A DNA stretch of 64,000 nucleotides from NCBI GenBank assembly GCA_032128875.1, contig JAVLKG010000001.1:857353-921352 (forward strand). The letters run 5' to 3'. The notes under the pieces were generated by a model, which made no database searches, was not told the DNA's origin, and saw only the letters and a list, made by a program, of their open reading frames with translations. The position numbers and the translations under genes are program-made. Numbering within the stretch: the first letter of the stretch is position 1; each line of letters begins with the position of its first letter. Below are positions 56,744-64,000 of the stretch, piece after piece. Source of the DNA: Candidatus Melainabacteria bacterium 17Bon1m. GTDB taxonomy: Bacteria > Cyanobacteriota > Vampirovibrionia > Obscuribacterales > Obscuribacteraceae.

Positions 56744-58150
56744 ATGAGTAGACATTCGTTTAGTAGAGGCTTTGGCGGTTTTGATCGACCCGGCGGAGGC
56801 GATGAGAAAAGTCACTTTGGAGGTGCGCGCATTGAAACAGACTTCCGAGACTTCCGCTCTGGAAATCGAAGAATGGCCGGTAATGACTATTCAATGCTGC
56901 CAAATGTTGATTTGCAGCACGATCGAGATCGAGGAAGAAGAGACAATCCGCGAGGTGGTTCTGACAAAGAAAGAGACCACGAGCGAGATACCGGAGATGG
57001 CAGAAAACCATCTCAACATCAATCCTCTGGTAATGAACACGACTGGATTGACAAGTTTTTGAAAGAGCGAAATCGTGATCGACTGCGAAGCAAGTTTTTG
57101 GAACTATCCGACAAGGCGAAGGAACGCAGGCTTCAGAGGGAGATCAACGAATCATTAGCGGATCTTTGGACAGCGCTCGAACGTGGCTTGCCACTGGATT
57201 TTAACTCACGCGAGCACGACAGGCACAACGGAAATCTACCAAGCAACTCGCATGGCATGTCTAACGATTTATCCGGATCTAGACCAGATTCGGCAAGTAG
57301 ACGCGGCAGTGGCGAATATGCTGGTGGTACTAATGTTGGTGGTGATGCAGTAGATTACGGAGGCTCACCCGCCGGTTTTGCACCTGGTGATCCAGGTGGT
57401 GACGGCTCAGTCGCCCAACCTTCAGGAGGCGGAGGCGAATATAGCGCGACGTCTGCACTGGGCGACACCTTTGGTGGAGTTATCGACAGCATAAAGGCAA
57501 AGGCGAGTGATGTTTCCTCATACCTTAGCGGGTCAATCAAAGACCTCTTGTCCGTCGCTTCAAAGTCAGTTGGCCAGCCTATGTGGGTAAATTCTCCAGT
57601 TGATGTTGCTGGTGGAGTCTATGGATGCGCGGCAACTATTTCTGAACTTTTAATTCAGGGAGGATCGATAGACAGAGGCGAATACAATGCTTCAGTATCT
57701 GGACTAGAGTCTCTATTAAGCACCCCGGCAGGACAACCTACTCCAGAGGGAACTACTTACACTCCTCAGCTTGGAAAGGGGTGGGTCCGAGTCGATGGAC
57801 CCGTTCCTGGTGCAGTCGTATGCGGATATAGAGAGCCGCGCCCTGCGTTCAATGGCGGAGCCCATATAGGTATCGTGGGTCCGGATGGCACTACGGTATT
57901 TAACAACCACTCAGATTCTCGCGTATTAGCAGAAGACCCAATCAGTGCTTTTAATTCTGGCGAGTATCCGCATGACGTAGCGTACTACGTTCCTGCTGAG
58001 ACCTTGAAGAAGCAGACAGAACCGACGCAAGAAACGGCGCAAGAACCATCGCAGGAAGTGGCGCAAGAACCATCGCAGGAAGTGGCGCAAAGCGCACCGC
58101 AAGAAAGACCGCAAGAGTCAGATGATCTTGAGGCGACAGAACTCACATAA
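56744..58150 (+). CDS. Protein with C-terminal Cys-His papain-like (NlpC/P60/CHAP-type) domain, putative peptidoglycan amidase/peptidase
   Basis: YGCAATISELL...GW..V..P.PGAVV......AHIGIVG....VFNN; charged/Gly-rich disordered N-half; 24-bp coding repeat at 58037-58090. Confidence 0.65.
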   Translation: MSRHSFSRGFGGFDRPGGGDEKSHFGGARIETDFRDFRSGNRRMAGNDYSMLPNVDLQHDRDRGRRDNPRGGSDKERDHERDTGDGRKPSQHQSSGNEHDWIDKFLKERNRDRLRSKFLELSDKAKERRLQREINESLADLWTALERGLPLDFNSREHDRHNGNLPSNSHGMSNDLSGSRPDSASRRGSGEYAGGTNVGGDAVDYGGSPAGFAPGDPGGDGSVAQPSGGGGEYSATSALGDTFGGVIDSIKAKASDVSSYLSGSIKDLLSVASKSVGQPMWVNSPVDVAGGVYGCAATISELLIQGGSIDRGEYNASVSGLESLLSTPAGQPTPEGTTYTPQLGKGWVRVDGPVPGAVVCGYREPRPAFNGGAHIGIVGPDGTTVFNNHSDSRVLAEDPISAFNSGEYPHDVAYYVPAETLKKQTEPTQETAQEPSQEVAQEPSQEVAQSAPQERPQESDDLEATELT

Positions 58151-58170
58151 AAGATTTGCTCGAGAGACAA

Positions 58171-58211
58171 GAAAAGGCGCATCGGAAGTAAATCTGATGC
58201 GCTTTCTCTTT
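58171..58211. terminator. Bidirectional intrinsic terminator
   Basis: AAAAG-GCGCATCGGA-AGTAAA-TCTGATGCGC-TTTCTCTTT between convergent genes. Confidence 0.75.
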
Positions 58212-58227
58212 GGCTTTGGCTAAACTT

Positions 58228-61200
58228 CTATTGGCTGGCGTTTATAACTTCAACTGGAATGACAAATTGGTTGCCTGTGTAAATCAAATCAGGATCACCA
58301 ATCTCATTCGCTGCCTTCAATGCCAGAATCATTTCGTCCGTGTACACTGCGTCGCCTGGTTCAACTGCTGCTTCGCCCATCGCAGTTGCAATGTCATTGC
58401 GGATAACGAAGAGTGTGTCGCCTTCTGGAATTACGAATGCATAGCTGCCATCTTCGAGGCGATGAGCTATGCGTCCGTTGATGTTCACTTCTTCACCAGT
58501 GAAGAATTTTTTGTCATTCTGCTCTATGGCTTCTGAAGTCTCTGACGGACTTTCTTCCTGGTCTACAACTACATCTGAGTCCTCGCTGCTCTTATTCGCT
58601 TCTTCGCGGCTAGCTAAGTTTTCAGAAGTGACCAGTGCTGTTGGCGTGATAGCTCTCGATGAGCCCTTGGTTGTCGCTGCTCTTAGCGCATATTTGCCCC
58701 AGGGATAGCGAATCCGCAATCCGTTGACAGCATCCGTCACTGCCGATTCGGCCGGGGTCGATTCCATAACTGTAGACCTTGTTGACGACGATGCGGCGCG
58801 AGCAGCTTCGATATCGTCGTAAGTATGATCTGGATTAAGGACGGGTTCTTCTGTAGGAGCGACATCGTCAGCAACGACAATTTCGTCGGTAGAACTTTCA
58901 GCGCGCCTAGCTTCGATATCGTCGTAACGGTGATCCGGATTAAGAGCTGGTTTTTCAGTAGGCGCGACATCGTCAGCAACAACAACAATCTCGTCGGCAG
59001 AATTTGCTGCACGCCTGGCTTCTATGTCGTCATAACTATGGTCTGGTTTGATAAGCACTTCGTCTGGCGCGAAATCGTCCGCTACCGGGCTTTCCGGTGT
59101 GAATGAAGTTCTTACGTATGGGTCGTCTGCAACTGCAGCTTCGTCAACGTCTCTTACTGCAGTTTCGTCAAGGCTACTCACTGTAGCTTCGTCAACATTA
59201 CTCACTGCTACTTCATCAATGTTCCTTGCTCCAATTGATACTTCCGAACCTTCTGGCGCGGTACGTCCCCAGTTTCCACCGCGACCCATCCATGTTTCAG
59301 CAGGTGTGATACTTGCAGGTGCCGTGCTGGTAGTGGGCACAGAAACAGGCACTGGAGCGGCTTGAATGATTGCGGCTGATGCTTCGCTTCTCGCCTTTGC
59401 TGCGGCTCTGACCGCTACAGTTTCTTGGCTAATTGCTGCGGCTTTTGCCTCATTTCGTACTGCTGTGGCAAAAATTGCTGCACCCTCTGGCTCTGCCAAG
59501 ATTTTCAATATGTCGACTCTGTTTAGAACCGCGACCACAGCACCGCTTACAGCGTTGTCGTCAAACTCGCTCAAGTCGTAGTCGTTTCCTTCAAATGTTG
59601 CTGCAACGAAATTTTTGTATGCAGCGCCAACGCCTGCGGTGAGTCCGATGTCCAGACCAAGCTTCGCCGGCACTGCAAGCGATGTTCCACCTGTTGCGAC
59701 AGATGCGGCAGCAGCGATCACCATAATTGAGATGTTGAACGCTTGTTCTTTCGCTTCGTTTTGCGACTCTACATGATTGTTGGTGGCTTCAATGAAGTTC
59801 TCGATATCGGCGGCAAATTGAGCCTCCAATTCTTTGCGGTTTTCCCCAGATGCATTTTGAAGTGCGACCGCGGTGGGAAACAGTTGGAGAGCGCTAGCGT
59901 CCATTCCTTGTTTTGTCCAGTCCCAGACGCGCATCACCGCACCGTCCACGGCGCTGTTGTGTCCGTGCGCTTCTTCTAATGCTCGCATCGCAGTCATCAC
60001 GGGCGAAAGCTGAACACCCTGCAACGCGGCTTCGACCTTGACTGTTTCAGCTCCTGTAACCTTTGACAGAACATCGTCGACGATGAGTCCGCCGTAGCGG
60101 ACGAAGTATTCGTCTGCAACTTGGGTTTTCTCTTCTGGTGAAAGATTGTCCAGTGTCCGCATCAAATCGTCTTGCGTGAAGTCAGAATTGACAACAAAGC
60201 TGCGAATCTGATCAACTGAATCAAATCTTCCATTCTCGATTATGTTGAGTTCGACGGATTTTGGCTCGCCTTCACTGAACACAGACTCATGTAATTCTGC
60301 AAATGCAGGGTCATCGCTAAGTAGTTGTTCTCTTTCTTCAGGCGAGACCTGCGCGAGCATCTGCAGCCGTTCCATCTCACTATTTGCCAGCATCAGTTTT
60401 TGGTCGATTGGCAGATGTGCATTCTCGAATATCGGTGAGGTCCACTCTTCTAAACCATAGAAGTCCAAGTTTGCGGATTCGTGGTTGATGCGTGCAGTGT
60501 TAGACCCAGGCAAAACTAATTTATCGTTGATTGCTTGATTCACAGCCCGATGCAACGCAATATTCAGCGATTGTGTGGTTTGCTCCGAGCCCACCTGGTT
60601 AAGCCCTTCGGCTTCGAATTCCGGATTCTCTGTAGCTTCCTGGCTGGCGTTCAGCAAATCATTTCTCAGCGCTGGATATTCTGAAAGCAACTTTTCTGTG
60701 TCGGCAATTGTTTGTGATGCTGGTGCATTGCGAATTGAATCCAGCAAGACCTGGTCGATCAATTGTTCTTGCCCTTCCAGAGCAAGAGCTGGCTGTTCGT
60801 CTGCTTCTGTTTCACCAACACGAGACAAAATCCTGTTAGCCATCGTCCTTTGTGCTGGATTTCCATCGGCAAGATCGCCTAATGTGATGTTCAATCGATC
60901 ATGCACAAGGGATTTAAATTCCGGGTCAGTGCGGTACGCTTGTTTTTCATTGGCTGTCATGTAAATGAGGGCATTAATTGCCGCTTCCGGCGTCGGATTG
61001 CCTGAAAGTACCGTTTCGAGACCACGGCGCCCGACTTCGTTGGCTTTGTCATAGGTTTCTGCTTTCAACTTTTCGTCCAGCATGGCACGAATTGATTGGC
61101 GGTCTTCTGGTTTCAGTGACAAAACATCCATGGCCTGTTCGATCTCAGGAACAGCAAAGGTTTCCCCATTCGAAACTGAAGCGGCATATTTTTGTCGAAT

Positions 61201-63621
61201 TGCGATCCAGTCTTCCTCACTGAGGTTTTCTACGGCAGAATAGACGCGGTCGACGTCTGTCCCGCTCATGATTCCACCCGCGCCGAAAAGTCCGAAGTAT
61301 CCATAGTTGTAAGCGTTGAGCATGTTCGTCACGACTTCCGGGTCACCCTTGAGTGGTGCTTCCCAGCGCATGAGCTTGTTCTTGTCGCCACCCGCTGCAG
61401 CATCTAAGGCTTGATGAACACTGTTGTAGAACGTCAATGCTTCACTCTCTTCTGTCGTGAGAGAGGCGGGCTCCGCGTTATTCTTTTTCCTCTCGTCTTC
61501 TTGTTTTGCCAGTTGTTCTCCCTGCACAAATTTCATCTTCTCTTCGTTGGTTGCATTTTTTGCTGCCCGCGTAATGTCATCTTCGTCCGTTCGTCCAACC
61601 ATGCCGAATCCGAGAAGACCTGCCTTTTCCAAGTCGTTTCTGTCGTGCGTTGCAAGCGTCGCGATACTCAAGGTTCCATATTCAAGATAGTCGTTCGCGA
61701 TTTCTTGGTCTCCACCATCGGGAAATGTGGATTTGATTTGCTCGCGTACATTCTCGTCTGCTTCGAATTTTGCGCGCACATCATCCGGTGCCAACCGCAT
61801 GCCTTCGGCAAATACTGTCAGGTTTCCGTCTGCCAAGCCAATCTTTGCCACCGTCACGTGAATGTTCTCTGATTCACCGGCTGCTACGTTTTCTTCATCA
61901 TCGAGTTGACGTAAATAGGCGCCCACAACTTCATTGGTTGTGCCGGAAAAAAGTTCAGCATTAGCATCTAAATCATCTACCAAGCTCACGCCGTAGTCAG
62001 CCAAATACTTCTCATTCACCGCTTGCAGCGCCTTCGGATCAAGCGATGAAAGTGCCACTCTAATAGTTTGTTCGACTTCTCCATTGTCGGCATCTTTCTG
62101 ACCCGCTTTATCTTCCTTTAGCGCGGTCAAACCAACCTTTAGTGTTCCTGCAACATCTAAATCTGTGCCTTCTCTTTTCAGTTCGGCATCGATTGTTGCC
62201 GCATACACAGCATCATTTTGTTTGGAATAAACATACTCAGGAATGGTCGCAGAGTGCTGAGCTTGGAAGTGTTCTTCCAATTCTGCTCGCTCTCCTTCGT
62301 TGAGCGTTGCGATTATGTTTAACGTCGATTCTTGATCGTTGCTATCAATTGCAATCGTGAGCTGGTCTACTGCCGTCGCCACGATTTCGCTGGCAACGTC
62401 CGCACTGTTCGCGCGGTGAGAGGCGTAATCTACACCTTCGTAAGCAAAGGCAAGCTTGTTCAAATCTATGTTTGCTTTCGTTGGATCAAGCAAGCCATCT
62501 TCGGAATTTCCTTGATTGTCTTGGAAACGCCCACCGTGAGCATTCACGTTCGCAACGGCGATTCGCTCTTCGTCTGACAGAGTGGGATCGTTCAACCACG
62601 CCTGCCATTGAGATGCAGGAATTACCGGAATTCCACGCGCATTTTTCGGAATGTCAATTTTGTCGGCGAGCGAAAGAACCGTGGACAAATCGTCTTGATC
62701 GAGAGGATAGTCCTCTCCAGCTCTCGCCCATTGACTCTGAACTAGTTGACCCCCTTCCTCGAACGTCGCGCCATGCGATGCAGCGATCTCGTGGAGCCAC
62801 GGATTGATGTTGTCCGGGTTTCCCTCCATTGAGCCTTTGTCATGTCCCCAGTAGAGTACCCAATCCACAAACTGTCTCTGCTGCGGCGATAATGTTTCCA
62901 CCGGACTTTCAGGATTTTCAGCGGCGCTCGCCATAGCCAACTCATCTTGGCTTTTCACGATTTTAAAGTCTTCGAGAGTGACCTCACATTCTGGGTTGAG
63001 AATCTTCGCGCTTAAGTCTTCGAAGTAAGACGGTCCACCGGACTCGACCGCCACTTGTCCGAACATTTGTGCCATGGCAGGATCGAAATACATCTCCCAC
63101 TCTTTGATGTCCTCAATGCCGGCGATATCGTCGTCGTAATTTGGATCGTATTTGTCCGGGTATTTGGAATTCTCGATCGCGTCAAAGTATTGCGAAAGTC
63201 CGGCAGCGAGCAGGCGGTCGTTATGGGCGATTGGTGTTTGCGGGGCTACCGGTGCGGCGTCCCAACTCGCTGGCGGTGCCATGCCGTTATTAACCGCGTC
63301 CACTTCGTAATGGTTGTAGTACTTGCCACCCTGCGGATTGAATCTTGCCTCGGCTTCTTCGTTGCCCAGACCATCCAATATGATCGTGCCAAGCAATCCA
63401 CGCTCGGCAAGCTGCGACGAAATCTCTGCGTACTTTTCCTTATTTTGCTCAGGATTGTAAGCATCCCATGCTTCATTTATCTCCTGCATCTCGGCTTCAC
63501 TAATGGATTCGCCCTCCGCGTTTGGGTCAACCGCTTCTGTGTATGCGTTAACCACGGCGGATTCTGCTGCAGCGCTTGAGCCTGCGCTGGCATTAGCAGC
63601 GGTTGTCGGAACATCAGGCAT
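58228..63621 (-). CDS. Giant acidic protein (~1797 aa) with annexin-like repeats, hydrophobic hairpin, acidic repeats and C-terminal LysM
   Basis: GGAGG 8 nt before ATG 63621; GRTDEDDI, SGTDVDRV, LSSLDPKALQAVNEKYLADYGVSLVDDL, LSPEEKTQVADEYFVRYGGLIVDDV; FVIPEGDTLF...AANEIGDPDLIYTGNQFVIP. Confidence 0.75.
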   Translation of the reverse strand: MPDVPTTAANASAGSSAAAESAVVNAYTEAVDPNAEGESISEAEMQEINEAWDAYNPEQNKEKYAEISSQLAERGLLGTIILDGLGNEEAEARFNPQGGKYYNHYEVDAVNNGMAPPASWDAAPVAPQTPIAHNDRLLAAGLSQYFDAIENSKYPDKYDPNYDDDIAGIEDIKEWEMYFDPAMAQMFGQVAVESGGPSYFEDLSAKILNPECEVTLEDFKIVKSQDELAMASAAENPESPVETLSPQQRQFVDWVLYWGHDKGSMEGNPDNINPWLHEIAASHGATFEEGGQLVQSQWARAGEDYPLDQDDLSTVLSLADKIDIPKNARGIPVIPASQWQAWLNDPTLSDEERIAVANVNAHGGRFQDNQGNSEDGLLDPTKANIDLNKLAFAYEGVDYASHRANSADVASEIVATAVDQLTIAIDSNDQESTLNIIATLNEGERAELEEHFQAQHSATIPEYVYSKQNDAVYAATIDAELKREGTDLDVAGTLKVGLTALKEDKAGQKDADNGEVEQTIRVALSSLDPKALQAVNEKYLADYGVSLVDDLDANAELFSGTTNEVVGAYLRQLDDEENVAAGESENIHVTVAKIGLADGNLTVFAEGMRLAPDDVRAKFEADENVREQIKSTFPDGGDQEIANDYLEYGTLSIATLATHDRNDLEKAGLLGFGMVGRTDEDDITRAAKNATNEEKMKFVQGEQLAKQEDERKKNNAEPASLTTEESEALTFYNSVHQALDAAAGGDKNKLMRWEAPLKGDPEVVTNMLNAYNYGYFGLFGAGGIMSGTDVDRVYSAVENLSEEDWIAIRQKYAASVSNGETFAVPEIEQAMDVLSLKPEDRQSIRAMLDEKLKAETYDKANEVGRRGLETVLSGNPTPEAAINALIYMTANEKQAYRTDPEFKSLVHDRLNITLGDLADGNPAQRTMANRILSRVGETEADEQPALALEGQEQLIDQVLLDSIRNAPASQTIADTEKLLSEYPALRNDLLNASQEATENPEFEAEGLNQVGSEQTTQSLNIALHRAVNQAINDKLVLPGSNTARINHESANLDFYGLEEWTSPIFENAHLPIDQKLMLANSEMERLQMLAQVSPEEREQLLSDDPAFAELHESVFSEGEPKSVELNIIENGRFDSVDQIRSFVVNSDFTQDDLMRTLDNLSPEEKTQVADEYFVRYGGLIVDDVLSKVTGAETVKVEAALQGVQLSPVMTAMRALEEAHGHNSAVDGAVMRVWDWTKQGMDASALQLFPTAVALQNASGENRKELEAQFAADIENFIEATNNHVESQNEAKEQAFNISIMVIAAAASVATGGTSLAVPAKLGLDIGLTAGVGAAYKNFVAATFEGNDYDLSEFDDNAVSGAVVAVLNRVDILKILAEPEGAAIFATAVRNEAKAAAISQETVAVRAAAKARSEASAAIIQAAPVPVSVPTTSTAPASITPAETWMGRGGNWGRTAPEGSEVSIGARNIDEVAVSNVDEATVSSLDETAVRDVDEAAVADDPYVRTSFTPESPVADDFAPDEVLIKPDHSYDDIEARRAANSADEIVVVADDVAPTEKPALNPDHRYDDIEARRAESSTDEIVVADDVAPTEEPVLNPDHTYDDIEAARAASSSTRSTVMESTPAESAVTDAVNGLRIRYPWGKYALRAATTKGSSRAITPTALVTSENLASREEANKSSEDSDVVVDQEESPSETSEAIEQNDKKFFTGEEVNINGRIAHRLEDGSYAFVIPEGDTLFVIRNDIATAMGEAAVEPGDAVYTDEMILALKAANEIGDPDLIYTGNQFVIPVEVINASQ
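58795..59052 (-). repeat. Coding direct repeat, 35-36 aa unit (PDHxYDDIEARRA..DEIVVADDVAPTE.P.LN), about 2.4 copies
   Basis: Near-identical DNA blocks (gcttcgatatcgtcgtaa; gcgacatcgtcagcaac) recur at 105-108 bp spacing. Confidence 0.85.
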
Positions 63622-63850
63622 GTAAATGTCCTCCATCGCCATAGCTGCTGGCGAATGTAAAAACTACAGATCTTCGGCAGGGGGACCGGAAGTGCTGGGG
63701 GCGCCTATCGACTTCTGACGATATGCGCAACTGGTAACGGAGTCGTAAATGTGGCGCCAACATATTAAATGCGGCGGGTTTCGCTCCATTTACAACCTTG
63801 TTACCAGCCGTCCCTAATATCTGGACATCGGTCGCAGTTCCCCAATGGCC

Positions 63851-63904
63851 GGAGTGCCGCCTTCCAGGCGGCTCAGGTGCCGGCAAGCTGCCGGCGCTCC
63901 CAGC
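63851..63904. repeat. Inverted pair of GGAG-led REP-like palindromes
   Basis: GGAGT-GCCGCC-TTCCA-GGCGGC ... GCCGGCA-AGC-TGCCGGC-GCTCCCAG. Confidence 0.6.
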
Positions 63905-63923
63905 GCTTCGCTGCCATTCCGAG

Positions 63924-64000
63924 GCTCCCAGCGCTCCCAGCGCTCCCAGCGCTCCCAGCGCTCCCAGCGCTCCCAGCGCTCCCAGCGCTCCCAGCGCTCC
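63924..64000. repeat. Perfect 9-bp tandem repeat (GCTCCCAGC)n, at least 8.5 copies, runs off the window end
   Basis: Directly visible in the sequence. Confidence 0.95.

Noticed and set aside
54677-58150. Prophage lysis module
   Set aside because: No holin, spanin or virion genes; long disordered N-termini are atypical of endolysins
58795-59230. Spaced direct repeats resembling CRISPR or a DGR template/variable pair
   Set aside because: In-frame coding repeats within the giant ORF; no reverse transcriptase or cas gene in the window
63614-63886. Upstream ORF that might join the giant gene by frameshift
   Set aside because: The giant gene has its own strong GGAGG RBS; the upstream ORF begins inside a REP-like element and has no recognisable motif or slippery site
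63924-64000. Possible CRISPR array
   Set aside because: 9-bp units with no spacers and no cas genes

Overview
Gene-dense bacterial chromosomal window, rich in signalling genes, with no rRNA, CRISPR array, integrase or transposase. The gene repertoire reminds me of non-photosynthetic Cyanobacteriota (Vampirovibrionia/Melainabacteria, Obscuribacterales-like); this is an unverified inference. Housekeeping and recognisable genes: tRNA-Glu(CTC), hmgA, a YbaK-family deacylase, proBAC, mltG with an ABC-2 exporter, lemA, two DUF2207 proteins, a HIT protein and a hicB-hicA pair. Signalling genes: three Hanks-type kinases that all lack the catalytic HRD Asp, three HAMP-PAS histidine kinases, three DNA-binding response regulators, a REC-Hpt-REC-REC-GGDEF cyclase, a degenerate GGDEF/DUF4388 protein, many TPR proteins, and three proteins built from MshEN-like (c-di-GMP-binding-type) repeats, two with long PGY/Q low-complexity linkers. 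The best candidate for an undescribed system is 53.1-63.6 kb. There a LuxR-type regulator and a structured intergenic element lie divergent from an acidic EF-hand/LysM protein, a lytic transglycosylase and a Cys-His (NlpC/P60/CHAP-like) amidase, which converge on a ~1800-aa protein with annexin-like repeats, a hydrophobic hairpin and a matching C-terminal LysM. None of these four has a Sec signal peptide, suggesting a cell-wall/membrane attack cassette with an unknown export route. All calls are by-eye motif recognition; no database searches were run.
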